DNA of 52,010 nucleotides from a virus (taxonomy: Duplodnaviria > Caudoviricetes): the IMG/VR virus record IMGVR_UViG_3300021088_000016, positions 1 to 52,010 of that record. The stretch is one strand, 5' to 3'. The position numbers and the translations under genes were made by a program. Under the pieces are notes generated by a model. It had not been told where the DNA came from and did not search any database. It saw nothing but the letters and a program-made list of their open reading frames with translations. Below, one piece after another: positions 35,747 through 45,538 of the stretch; position 1 is the stretch's first letter, and every line of letters begins with the position of its first letter.

Positions 35747-37185
35747 TATGCTATCGCCAACTGAGTATCAGTCGTAGGACCTCTGTAATGTAAAGCTCCT
35801 GCTGAAGTTACATACAATATACCTGATCCAGCTAAAGCTAATGGAGCAGAACCAGCCTGTAGCTTCATTGTGATCGTACCTTGTCCTCCCGTAAAAGAAT
35901 TACCAGAAGCAGGGTAATTGCCTACGGCAAGAGTACCTGGCCAATAGAAACCACCTACGCCTGTTTCAGGGGAAGTAGCGGCAATTGGAATTCGGAAGAC
36001 AATGTTACTCGGTGCAGTGTATGTCCCGTCGTTCGTTGTCCCAGTAAAAGCTTGATCTGCATAACCGTTAATAGACCAGGTTTCAGTCTGGGTAAACTTG
36101 CCGTCAGGAGTAACCCCTTGTCCGGCAATTTCACCTAATCTTGAACCGGCCTGAGTAGCTGTAAGGGTTCCATTCCAAGCGCTGGTCCCTGTTCCGTTAA
36201 AGAAGGTGATTAGATTCTGAGTACCCCCTATAGAGTCTGTCCCCCAGATTTCAAGAATGGCACTATTATAAGCTCCGGTAGAAGCTCCGCCAGTATTTAT
36301 AATACTTACGTTACAAGCAGCAGACCCGGATACCCCGTTAGTAATAAGACCTATCCCTGACTGATTCCCACCGTTTAAAACAGGGACTCCAAGTACATTA
36401 GTATCTGCAATTATAATCTGAGGATTATTGCCTGTTCCGCCAGGCTTCTGCGCCATCAACTGCAGTCGGCCTGTAGTATATAGCTGCATAGTCTGGACAG
36501 ATGAAGTTGTTTGGGTGGGAACGTATGATATTTGAAACCTAGGTCCAGTCAGGCTTAGGTTACTAGTTACAAAATTAGAATTACTTCCTACGGATACAAG
36601 CGTAGTCGGATTATTCCCGTCTGTATAAGTACCTGTTCCTGTCCAAGTTTCATTAACAGAAGTAATACCTGAAGTAAAAGTTACTGTGTTATTAAAGGTA
36701 TTGGTGCCAGAATAAGTATTAGTTCCGGTGGAAACTATGGCAGCTAAGTTAGTAGTATTAGAAAAGGTGTTGACACCGCTCCAACTATTTGTAGCGCTGT
36801 TGGTTTGGTTAGAGCTGTTAGTAATAGAAGATCCGCTGAAAGTAACAGCACCAGTGAAGGTGCTGGTACCTGAGTATGTATTGTTACCATTCAAGAACCC
36901 TACCGTACCTCCTGAAGTACCTGTAGGTGGAACAGAGATAGTAGGATTGCTTGCAACATCTACTAATCTAACTGGAGAGTTAAGAGTAGCAGGTGCAGGA
37001 AGATTGAGAATCTGATTACCATTCATGTCCAGATTGGATTTCATCTGATTAGGACTAACTCCACTCAGAGACATGACATCTAAGAACGCAGCCGTAATGG
37101 CCGCATTATTATTGTTAATCGTAGTTACCGCTGTCGTCTGATTAGACAGATTAACTAGATTGGATAGTATCGGTGCTTCCGCCAT
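35746..37185 (-). CDS. Tail fibre/spike protein 1
   Basis: Same N-terminal anchor; NT(Y/W/F)SG repeats; Thr/Gly-rich. Confidence 0.75.
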   Translation of the reverse strand: MAEAPILSNLVNLSNQTTAVTTINNNNAAITAAFLDVMSLSGVSPNQMKSNLDMNGNQILNLPAPATLNSPVRLVDVASNPTISVPPTGTSGGTVGFLNGNNTYSGTSTFTGAVTFSGSSITNSSNQTNSATNSWSGVNTFSNTTNLAAIVSTGTNTYSGTNTFNNTVTFTSGITSVNETWTGTGTYTDGNNPTTLVSVGSNSNFVTSNLSLTGPRFQISYVPTQTTSSVQTMQLYTTGRLQLMAQKPGGTGNNPQIIIADTNVLGVPVLNGGNQSGIGLITNGVSGSAACNVSIINTGGASTGAYNSAILEIWGTDSIGGTQNLITFFNGTGTSAWNGTLTATQAGSRLGEIAGQGVTPDGKFTQTETWSINGYADQAFTGTTNDGTYTAPSNIVFRIPIAATSPETGVGGFYWPGTLAVGNYPASGNSFTGGQGTITMKLQAGSAPLALAGSGILYVTSAGALHYRGPTTDTQLAIA

Positions 37186-37317
37186 CAGTCTCTCCTGTCT
37201 GCTTCAACCAGTAGTTAGCTTCTTGCAGAGCCCCTTCATACGCAATCAGATTAGCCCTAGTCTGATCTCGTTCTTTTTCCAATAACTTAATTCGCTCTTG
37301 AATGGTGTCTTTCTGCA

Positions 37318-37839
37318 TTACATATAAATCACATAAGCTTCTGAACCAGAAGTGACATTAGTCAAGCGGAGTAAGATCCATTTAATATTGCTACTCACGG
37401 CAAGAGTCTTTGCAGCAGTATTAATATTCGCATCGAATGTTCCCCCAGAGCCTGCGGCTACTGTGATCGTATTAGCTGCAGATCCATTACCCATTGCAAA
37501 CTGGATAACATCTCCAACCTGAGCACCGGCAGAGATCTTATTAACCCCTGATACGATATTAGCGGCAGTGTCTAAAGTAGATGTATTTCCGGCTGAAGGA
37601 GCCTGGATGACAATACCCGTTAAGATCTGTCCAACATCAATAGTAGAAGAGGCCCCTGGAACTGTAGAAATAGGAGTACCTGTTCCTGCGATCCAGTTAG
37701 TCCCCAGAGGATTAACCGGGAACGTCACTGTCCCGACTGTCTGAGGGTAGAGTGATGCCCGCATACGTGAACTGGTTACGACCTGGTCGCTTCCTGCTTC
37801 GTTATCGATACGGGCGTAGTCAATACCACCGTAAGGCAT
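37318..37839 (-). CDS. Putative structural/decoration protein
   Basis: Beta-rich; located after the capsid genes; AAGGA SD. Confidence 0.6.
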   Translation of the reverse strand: MPYGGIDYARIDNEAGSDQVVTSSRMRASLYPQTVGTVTFPVNPLGTNWIAGTGTPISTVPGASSTIDVGQILTGIVIQAPSAGNTSTLDTAANIVSGVNKISAGAQVGDVIQFAMGNGSAANTITVAAGSGGTFDANINTAAKTLAVSSNIKWILLRLTNVTSGSEAYVIYM

Positions 37840-37858
37840 ATTTAATTCCTTTTATAAG

Positions 37859-37884
37859 GAGGAGCCCCCTTACGGGGGCACCTC
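37859..37884 (-). terminator. Hairpin after the capsid/decoration genes
   Basis: On -, GAGGTGCCCCC-GTAA-GGGGGCTCCTC followed by CTT. Confidence 0.6.
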
Positions 37885-37896
37885 GATTAGATACCC

Positions 37897-38616
37897 TTAA
37901 TAAGGGATGTTACCGTACATCGTATAACGCATACGAAGCTTAATGAGACCGTTGGTAAACGTACCGGTCTGGATCGTAGACAAATACGCACTTGTAGGAA
38001 GTGGCGTAATTGCATTAGTCACCAGAGGCATGTTAACACCAACCCACGTACCACCACCAGCGACTGGCGTAGCGCCTACGCTCCACACCAGACCCGTAGT
38101 ACCGGGCTGAGTGAAGGACACGCGCTGTCCTGCCACCATGTTTGCGGCTAACAGACCATTAACGATCTGCACACCAGCATTAGGTGCAACCTGGGCGAAG
38201 CTCGAGTTAGGAGTACCCGGAGAGGCTGTTACCAACCCTACTGAAATACTCGTGCCACCCGCTGAAGTAATCAAACCTTCAATAGTCACCTCTTCGATAA
38301 AGATCTGAGGGTTATTGAAGATGAGCGTACCACTAGTCGTGGTGATCATCGGAGCTGTCTGTTGAAGAGGGATAAGAGTCGTCAACGACTGAATACCCGC
38401 AGCAGCAGCAGTACCCGTTCCGGAGAACGTGGTCTGTGCGGGAGCCGGAACCGGCTGACCGCTAGCTGTGAGCTGCATAGGCACCAGAGGAATGAGTTGC
38501 TCAATCTCTCGTGTTTCGCCGTAGACGAGGTAGTCGCCTCCGACTTCGGGGACGGCCTTCTGCGTACCATACTGCAGATAAAGACCATCCGGATTAAACC
38601 ATTGTCCTGAAACCAT
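37897..38616 (-). CDS. Minor capsid/decoration protein
   Basis: WFNPDGLYLQYG N-terminus; directly after the MCP. Confidence 0.65.
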   Translation of the reverse strand: MVSGQWFNPDGLYLQYGTQKAVPEVGGDYLVYGETREIEQLIPLVPMQLTASGQPVPAPAQTTFSGTGTAAAAGIQSLTTLIPLQQTAPMITTTSGTLIFNNPQIFIEEVTIEGLITSAGGTSISVGLVTASPGTPNSSFAQVAPNAGVQIVNGLLAANMVAGQRVSFTQPGTTGLVWSVGATPVAGGGTWVGVNMPLVTNAITPLPTSAYLSTIQTGTFTNGLIKLRMRYTMYGNIPY

Positions 38617-38634
38617 GTTTCTATTCTCCCATTA

Positions 38635-39594
38635 TTAGGTCGGAACGACCGACGTGTTAGTGAGAATGGAGATGAAGTTTTCAGGCCGGTATAGCTTGAA
38701 GCCCCATTCGGCAATCGTCAGGTATTCCTCTTGCTGGAGATCTTTATTGAACTCCGAGTAGACAGTAGGCATCTGACGGAAAGCACCCACGAAAGGCATT
38801 GTATCGCCGGGAGCCGCCGAGAAGAAGTAATTGGCCACGCCGTTAGTAACGGTGTTTCCAGAGATAGTTTCCGAAGCAATACTAGGCAAGTAGTTCGACA
38901 CATACACGTCGAAGCCATAGATATTGAACCGGAACTTAAATCCAGTCACAGCACCATCATGAACCACTGACTGCCACATGCGGTCAGGAGTAAGCAATGA
39001 TACGATGTTGGCCTGAGTCTGAAGCGTATATGCAACAGACGGGTCAACAATTGCCACCAGGTTCGTCAGTGGCACGTTAGCGCGGGTTAGCGCGTAATGT
39101 GCACGTGCGAAGTCTTGGTAGGCGATACCGCTATTAAGACCTGAGCCAACCCATCGGTGGTCAGCCGTATTAATTGCGTTAACGTTGCCAGCAGTTTGAC
39201 CTGCATTACCCTTAGCCAAGATGTTACTCTCGACCGACTCCATCAGGGCACGGTGTTGGCGAGGCACGAAGGCCGCGATAACATCAGCACTGTAGAAGGA
39301 GTCACGCTTGAACTTCTCGGAGATTGCGTTGGCAGAATACTTGTAGTTATCGAAGGAGAAGGTAAAGTTACCTGTATCCATCGTGTTGTACTTGATGGCT
39401 TGACCTTCGGTAAAGTCACCAGTTTCTGCTTCACCAATCGACGGGATGTTTAACGTAACACCATCTGGGAAGTCTGAGATAATACGGACAAACTTCATGG
39501 CGTTTAATTCGTCCAGCAATAGCTCCTTGATCTGCCGGGACCAAATATTAGTCCTTAACAGATTCTGAGTATTGCCAGTCATAAAACCAGCCAT
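38635..39594 (-). CDS. Major capsid protein
   Basis: LRTNIWSRQIKELL, DFPDGVTLNIPSIG, IYGFDVYVSN, GFKLYRPEN; follows the scaffold gene. Confidence 0.9.
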   Translation of the reverse strand: MAGFMTGNTQNLLRTNIWSRQIKELLLDELNAMKFVRIISDFPDGVTLNIPSIGEAETGDFTEGQAIKYNTMDTGNFTFSFDNYKYSANAISEKFKRDSFYSADVIAAFVPRQHRALMESVESNILAKGNAGQTAGNVNAINTADHRWVGSGLNSGIAYQDFARAHYALTRANVPLTNLVAIVDPSVAYTLQTQANIVSLLTPDRMWQSVVHDGAVTGFKFRFNIYGFDVYVSNYLPSIASETISGNTVTNGVANYFFSAAPGDTMPFVGAFRQMPTVYSEFNKDLQQEEYLTIAEWGFKLYRPENFISILTNTSVVPT

Positions 39595-39607
39595 TTAAGT
39601 TGTCTCC

Positions 39608-40369
39608 TTAGAAGGCAGATTGCTGCCCATAGGCTAGGAAGTTACCATCCTCGAACTTTGATCCGAGGCGTGTGTAATCCTTTAGCATCTGCTCTTGAAT
39701 TTTAGGGGACCGGAAAGTGTCTGGCTTTTCTTTCTGAAGCTTCTCGTAGTAGGCCCAAGTATGCTCGGGTTCTACAGTAGGGGAGAAATGAACACTTCTT
39801 CGCGGAGGTGTTTCAAAGGTCTCCGGTGCCCTAGCCTGATCTAAACCTAAAGTCTTGAAGAAGGCTCTAGGTGCAGTCTCTGCTAAGTACGTGACAGCTT
39901 CTTTAGTCAAACCTAACTCTTCGGTCTGTTTCTGAAGAACTTCTGAGAATGAATTCCCATAACGTTCCCGTAATGCGTCCGTAACAGCTCTAACATTCTG
40001 CTCCTTGGTCTTCGAAGCTTCATATTCCTTTATTCGTTTATCAAACATAGGTTCGAGTTGTCGTGGATCAAATGGCTGGGCATCACTAGGCTTTGGGTTG
40101 GTGCCGTCTGATGTTGGATGAGAACTTGCTGAAGCACTCTTAGTAAGTTGGTCTACATACTCTTCCAGTTTAGCCTTGGTCATATTATCTTCACGAAGTG
40201 CAAGATTTGAAGCACGGAGCTCCGCATTCTCACGCTCTACGTTGCTAATATGACGGTCCTTCTCGTATGCTCCTTTGGCTAATTCATCTAAGCTTTTATA
40301 CTTGGATGCTTCACCTGGGATATACGCAGCGATCTTTGACTGGTCGTCGTTAGTGAATAAATCTGTCAA
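39608..40369 (-). CDS. Capsid scaffolding protein
   Basis: KYKSLDELAKG.. coiled coil; between portal and MCP; TTG start. Confidence 0.8.
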   Translation of the reverse strand: MTDLFTNDDQSKIAAYIPGEASKYKSLDELAKGAYEKDRHISNVERENAELRASNLALREDNMTKAKLEEYVDQLTKSASASSHPTSDGTNPKPSDAQPFDPRQLEPMFDKRIKEYEASKTKEQNVRAVTDALRERYGNSFSEVLQKQTEELGLTKEAVTYLAETAPRAFFKTLGLDQARAPETFETPPRRSVHFSPTVEPEHTWAYYEKLQKEKPDTFRSPKIQEQMLKDYTRLGSKFEDGNFLAYGQQSAF

Positions 40370-40370
40370 T

Positions 40371-42251
40371 TTATTGAGTCCCTAATAAACCCCCAGGAGT
40401 TGCTCCTTCGGGCGGCTGTCGCCTTAAGTTAAATGGTTCTTGTTTGCCACCAGGACTAGGCTTCTGAGGATGAGGTCCTTCCATGTCGAAGTCTTCGCCC
40501 ATACCTGTGGCAGTCTGTGTCTGTTGTGCTAGTTGCTCTTGGAGAGCTTGGACTAGCTTCTGGCCTTCTGCTTGCTCAGCTAAAGCTACGAAGGGGGTCA
40601 CCAATTCATAGTCCTTTAGATCGAATATATCTTCGATGATCTTAGCCATCTTTTTGCCAGAAAAATGAGCCTGCACGGATTGCCAGAGTCCTGAGCCAGT
40701 TAAGTTAGTTAAGTTCTGGATGATCTCAGCTTGCTCTGCGAAATGCCGTGCTGCTATTGGCTTAATACGTCCAATCCCTGTAATGTCTTCGACAGTAAGG
40801 TCTTGGAACGATGCAACCTTAAAGTCGTCATCGAATACGCGAATGGCGGTAGTCCCCACCATATTGCGCCGAGCTAACTCCAACATTGCATTTAGAAGAG
40901 GTTCAATTATTTGCTCTTCAAATTGATTGATCTTATTTTGATAAATGCGAGACGCAGCATTTTCCAATCGTTGTACTTCATACTTGGTCTTCTCTCCAGG
41001 AGATCTAAAACCCATGGCTTCCTTAGGTGCGCCTGCCATGGCCTCCATAGTATCTTCGAGACGTTGCATCTCCATATTTAACTGTAGAGGTTGTACTTCA
41101 GGGGTAACGAGTTCTACGTCACCTTCATCTGAAGTAAAGATCTTCTCACCTGGTTGCCAGATGAATTCCTCTACGAAGCCTTTGATCTTCTGAACGGGAT
41201 ATGTGCAGAGGTCTACAATGTCCGCCTTCATATTCTCCATATGATCTAGACGATACTGCATTCCTATGAGATTGTCGAGCGGGCCCATACCCCAGAGGTT
41301 ATCTTGTTTCTTCCGCCAAGGGGCGTGGAAGATGGGAGGGTATCCGAAGAAAGAAGGATTCGACTTATTTGAAATAAGCTTGTGGCGGTCAACCACCATA
41401 ATAACGCGATTCTTTTCAAACGTGTCATTAATGTAATCGAACCAATCTCCGTAAAAGGTAAGAACTTCAACGAAATCGGAAAGTAGATAAGCCCTGAAGG
41501 AGGTAAAGCCGTCCATGTCGTATAGACGGTCTCGTTGTGTCCAATCACCTTCGAAAGTTCTGGCGTGAAAGCGGATGTTCTTAAGGTACTCGTAGAGCTG
41601 TTCATAGGACTCTCTGTTCTCGTCCGTAGACATACGTTGGAGTAATTCCTTAAGCTCGCCCATGGAAATCACGGAGCGTATCAGCTTAGGGGATTGTAAG
41701 AAGTTCTCGGCTGTAGGATTACAGACTAAGTCTAAAGGATTTATTCTTCGAACGGTGGGGCCGACAAACCCGGATTGTGTTCTTCCGTCTTCACGTTGCA
41801 CCCGTTGATCAGTCCACTCGACAGTAGCAAAACAATTGCCAAAATCGATATAGTCCAGGATAATTTTATCAATCTCATGCTTAAAACTTGGTTGGTCGAT
41901 ACACCAGGCCATGTAGTTGATGATCGCATCTCTCTTCTGTACAGAATTCGAGTCACGTTCATTAGCTTCCCATTCTAGCCACTTACGTTTCGGGAATAAC
42001 GTTGCGGTGTAATTGGAATATAGGTTATCCCTAATTTGGCACAGCTTTGGGATAGTTGTTTTATTTTTCCAAGGTAACTGAGCATTCGTGGTGTATGTAG
42101 TGTCTGTTGCGTATACATACCTTCTAATCTCTTCCCAATCTGTTTTCTTGTTTCGACGTAATGTTTCCCACTCTGTCCAGCGTTCCGTGAGCCTTGTTGC
42201 GAGTAAATCAGGAGATATTACGTTAAGTAGTTCTAGTGCGCGACCGGTCAA
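40371..42251 (-). CDS. Portal protein
   Basis: LPWKNKTTIPKLCQIRDNL, DNLWGMGPLDNL, GFRSPGEKT; follows terL. Confidence 0.9.
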   Translation of the reverse strand: MTGRALELLNVISPDLLATRLTERWTEWETLRRNKKTDWEEIRRYVYATDTTYTTNAQLPWKNKTTIPKLCQIRDNLYSNYTATLFPKRKWLEWEANERDSNSVQKRDAIINYMAWCIDQPSFKHEIDKIILDYIDFGNCFATVEWTDQRVQREDGRTQSGFVGPTVRRINPLDLVCNPTAENFLQSPKLIRSVISMGELKELLQRMSTDENRESYEQLYEYLKNIRFHARTFEGDWTQRDRLYDMDGFTSFRAYLLSDFVEVLTFYGDWFDYINDTFEKNRVIMVVDRHKLISNKSNPSFFGYPPIFHAPWRKKQDNLWGMGPLDNLIGMQYRLDHMENMKADIVDLCTYPVQKIKGFVEEFIWQPGEKIFTSDEGDVELVTPEVQPLQLNMEMQRLEDTMEAMAGAPKEAMGFRSPGEKTKYEVQRLENAASRIYQNKINQFEEQIIEPLLNAMLELARRNMVGTTAIRVFDDDFKVASFQDLTVEDITGIGRIKPIAARHFAEQAEIIQNLTNLTGSGLWQSVQAHFSGKKMAKIIEDIFDLKDYELVTPFVALAEQAEGQKLVQALQEQLAQQTQTATGMGEDFDMEGPHPQKPSPGGKQEPFNLRRQPPEGATPGGLLGTQ

Positions 42252-43816
42252 TTAACACCGCCCCAGCGTTCGTTATATGTAATTGGATTCACTCTTTGTC
42301 TCATTATTGAAAAGGTGGGTGCCTGTGCAAAGTCTATGCAAGAAGCGAGTGCGTCTTTGACGTCATCGTGTGGAGGGTTGTAATAAATCAACTCCTCTTC
42401 TAATAACTGGCAGTTGCCTGAGGCATAGTGCCATATTTGTCCATTGGCATACTTAGGCTCTAAGACCGCCATGATGCGTTCACTCTTAGAACCTTGCCAT
42501 CTAGAAGGTCTGAACTCTTCAACCGACAGGGCTAGGCCATAAGGTTTGATGTAGCTTTCTTTTAAGTCTTTGACTATTACTTGCTGAGCTACCGAAACCT
42601 CGGCTCTAATCCTTCTAAACCCCCACTTTTGGTGAAGACGTAAGATATGGTTGAAGTATTCAGATATTTTATCTGTTTTAAACCTGTCGATATCTAAGAC
42701 GTAGTAGTTGCCTGATCCATCGACACCGACGACGACGATTGACGTCGAGTCCGCTTTCGCGGCTTGGGAGTAGGCGAAGTCAACTGCGGCGAAGACATTA
42801 AGGGCGTTGTGTTGGTAGAACCATCTGGTTTCTCGTTTAAAGAGATTACCTGGTTCGTAATATTGGAATAGTTCTCTTTTGATGGGCGACGACTCGACGT
42901 CGTGCGGATCGTTATAATATTGGGCCCTGAAGTGTAGCTGGTTAATATAACCCGACCTCTTTTCTGCGAGGCTCTGCTTATCGAACCCAAACCACTTACC
43001 ATCTGTGCGGCGTTGACGTGGCCAAAGAAATTCCCCAGAACCGTCTCCAATTGATTCAACCTGTCTCTCAAAAACTTCGAATAGAGGTTTTGATTTTGTA
43101 ACATTCCCCAGTTCATCAAATTCTTTAATCTCCAATTGTATTAGGTCTGAATAAAGATCCAGAGGGTGGTACCGAGTACCTACAACCCATTCCTTAGCGC
43201 CTACCCCCTCGATGGATGATAGGAAGCTGTACTGATCTTTTGCTTTTTCACGACCTTCTTCTGTATATGCATTACTCTGAGTTACTACGTCATCTAGCAC
43301 TGCAATATCGCAGTGAAGACCCACAATGTTAGAAGTAAGACCTGCAGTAAAGATAGAAGGATCGCGAATATGTTCTTCTTTACGCAAGGGGTGGTCTAAG
43401 GATATTTCCCGTTCAGTCCACTTCTCACGTCTAGCTTCTTCCTTTTCTACCATTTCTGGCCAGAACATACGATACCTGTCGCAGGTAAGGATGTCCTTCA
43501 TAAGCTTTAACTGCTTAGTAGCTAAATTGGATGTAGAAGAGATATATAGAATTCGCAGGGTAGGGTTACGGGTTAGTTCCCATACAACCCTAAAGGCTGC
43601 ATATGTAGATTTACAATGATCCCTAGGAAGAAGGACTAATTGTCTGTTGTTAGCTTCTGGCTTTGTCCACCACGAGATTAATTCTCGGTGGACATTTCCG
43701 ATTAACTGTTTAGGGACAATCAGTTCGATAAAATATGTTAGATCTTGTTCAGCTCTATCCCGATGAGCCTTACGCTCATCAGACATTTCTACTTTAGTGC
43801 GTCTAACTCTAGGCAT
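42248..43816 (-). CDS. terL: Terminase large subunit
   Basis: LLPRDHCKST (Walker A variant), GLHCDIAVLDD (Walker B), VGTRYH, AVDFA, HDDVKDAL nuclease motifs. Confidence 0.95.
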   Translation of the reverse strand: MPRVRRTKVEMSDERKAHRDRAEQDLTYFIELIVPKQLIGNVHRELISWWTKPEANNRQLVLLPRDHCKSTYAAFRVVWELTRNPTLRILYISSTSNLATKQLKLMKDILTCDRYRMFWPEMVEKEEARREKWTEREISLDHPLRKEEHIRDPSIFTAGLTSNIVGLHCDIAVLDDVVTQSNAYTEEGREKAKDQYSFLSSIEGVGAKEWVVGTRYHPLDLYSDLIQLEIKEFDELGNVTKSKPLFEVFERQVESIGDGSGEFLWPRQRRTDGKWFGFDKQSLAEKRSGYINQLHFRAQYYNDPHDVESSPIKRELFQYYEPGNLFKRETRWFYQHNALNVFAAVDFAYSQAAKADSTSIVVVGVDGSGNYYVLDIDRFKTDKISEYFNHILRLHQKWGFRRIRAEVSVAQQVIVKDLKESYIKPYGLALSVEEFRPSRWQGSKSERIMAVLEPKYANGQIWHYASGNCQLLEEELIYYNPPHDDVKDALASCIDFAQAPTFSIMRQRVNPITYNERWGGVN

Positions 43817-43880
43817 TCTTAGCTAATTGTGCTTTCTTCATATTACCTAGTTTACCTAGGATTTTACCGTATTCGCTTAA

Positions 43881-43956
43881 TGCTTGCCGCGTCTTCTTTG
43901 ACTTGGTCTTTATGCTTGCCGCGTTCGTCATTTCTTCCATCTTGTGCTTGCCGCGT
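43881..43956. repeat. Three copies of TGCTTGCCGCGT with exact 32-nt period
   Basis: Copies at 43881-43892, 43913-43924 and 43945-43956, separated by unique 20-nt spacers. Confidence 0.9.
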
Positions 43957-45265
43957 GAGCTGCAATGCTAGATCTTTGAGATGAGCTTAAACTCTTTGCT
44001 CTTGCTTCTCCACCTCGCTTAGCTAATGCTGCAGCAGCTTCATTAATACTTAAAGGTTTACCTTGCCTAAACTTCAGGGCAAATTCCATCGCCCTGGCAT
44101 AAGCTTGCGTTAGCTCATCTACATCTTCTTCAGTATATTGCCCACCGATAGTGGCTGGAGGTATTGGAGCTGGTACTGCAAATTGTGAAGTGTATGTCCA
44201 GCTAGGATTAATAGCTAACGGGGGGTAGGGTACTGTCCAATCATATTGTCGAATAGGTGGATTAGCTGGGGTAGTGAATAAGGTAGTCTGTAATAGGTTT
44301 ACCTGGTAATTTTGGTACCACTGTACTGGATACGGGGTAGGCCAATGTTGCTGTCTGTTAGGCAGACTGTCTTGGCCGTATAAATTATAGGTCTTTGCCC
44401 AAGTCTGCTCTATACGAGAGGGTTGAGCAGGGTTAGCCCAATCAGATTGAAAGAAAGGTTTAGTAGGCGGTATCGCTAAAGTAGTCTGTAGAAGATCTAC
44501 TCTTTGATCTTGGTACCAATTTATATATGTTGGTACATCCCAGTTGGTAACTACCGAAGGAATAAACACCGGCATGTTTAATGCTAGTGCGTTATTCCAG
44601 TCCTGGTACCAATTAACTGGTTTAGGATTAGGCCAATCTGATTGGGAGAATGGACTGCCTATAAACCCTAAGGCATTGCCAGACTCTACCCAACTCTGAT
44701 CTAGTCTATAAGGTTGACTAGAAAGGGGCCAGTCTTGTTGACTAAATGGTGCACTTAAAAAACCAGGAGTAGGGAAACCTTCGCACCAGGACTGATCTAT
44801 CCTACTTAATGTTGGGGGGTTAGGCCAGTTAGTTTGACTAAACGGACTACCTGCGGTAGCCTGTATCCCTGGCTGAGTCCAACTTTGATACCACTGAACC
44901 GGTTGTGGATTAGGAAAGTCGTACTGCCTCGTAGGTAATTTGTCTTTACCTATTTTATCTACTTGACGCCAAAGCCAAGTTTGCTCAATTCGATAAGGCT
45001 GAACAGGGTTTGGCCAATCAAAATCTGGGCCATACCCAGAAGGGCCGTAAAACTTGTCCTTACCTAAGAAAGGGGTATGGTCTACTACCCAAGTTCGAAG
45101 ACTCGTATCAAAGTACGGTCCTGGGTCAGGAAGACGATTAATATAATCGTAATCCAAACCACCGTAAATCTTATCTTGACCTAGTAAATTGACATGACTG
45201 AAGGTCCAGGTCTCGCCTGATCGCAGCGGATCGTTTCGCTGTTGATTTACGCCGCGAATAGTCAT
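43928..45265 (-). CDS. Trp/Pro/Gln repeat protein with basic C-terminal GGxARA..LS...R..IA..AA..RW motif
   Basis: About 9-10 repeats like PFSQxDWPNP...(R/W)xxQxW. Confidence 0.85.
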   Translation of the reverse strand: MTIRGVNQQRNDPLRSGETWTFSHVNLLGQDKIYGGLDYDYINRLPDPGPYFDTSLRTWVVDHTPFLGKDKFYGPSGYGPDFDWPNPVQPYRIEQTWLWRQVDKIGKDKLPTRQYDFPNPQPVQWYQSWTQPGIQATAGSPFSQTNWPNPPTLSRIDQSWCEGFPTPGFLSAPFSQQDWPLSSQPYRLDQSWVESGNALGFIGSPFSQSDWPNPKPVNWYQDWNNALALNMPVFIPSVVTNWDVPTYINWYQDQRVDLLQTTLAIPPTKPFFQSDWANPAQPSRIEQTWAKTYNLYGQDSLPNRQQHWPTPYPVQWYQNYQVNLLQTTLFTTPANPPIRQYDWTVPYPPLAINPSWTYTSQFAVPAPIPPATIGGQYTEEDVDELTQAYARAMEFALKFRQGKPLSINEAAAALAKRGGEARAKSLSSSQRSSIAAHAASTRWKK

Positions 45266-45268
45266 GAA

Positions 45269-45538
45269 TTATAGAGCTGTTAAAGAGGAACTAGCCGTAG
45301 TCAATTTACCATTTAAAATGGTTGAGATAGTATTTAAGATAGTCGCAGAATCTGTTGAACTCTGCGTAACTATTATTAGAGGGATAGTGTTGCCTGTGGA
45401 AGGATCTTGAAGAGTAAGATTACCTCCAGACACAATAAAGTTACCAGAGATAGCCGCGTTTATAGCGGCTATTTCTGTGTTCAATGCTTGTATTGCTGTA
45501 GCTAAAGAAGCTGCAGACTGCGCCGTTGTCAGAAGCAT
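45269..45538 (-). CDS. Hypothetical protein
   Basis: Coupled ORF. Confidence 0.65.
   Translation of the reverse strand: MLLTTAQSAASLATAIQALNTEIAAINAAISGNFIVSGGNLTLQDPSTGNTIPLIIVTQSSTDSATILNTISTILNGKLTTASSSLTAL

Noticed and set aside
38616-38660. Capsid read-through or frameshift extension into the next gene
   Set aside because: Double TAA stop, no slippery site seen, and the downstream gene has its own GGGAG SD
43881-43956. Canonical CRISPR array
   Set aside because: 12-nt repeats and 20-nt spacers are too short, there are only three copies, and there is no cas operon; the Cas4-like nuclease at 16792 is a standard phage exonuclease
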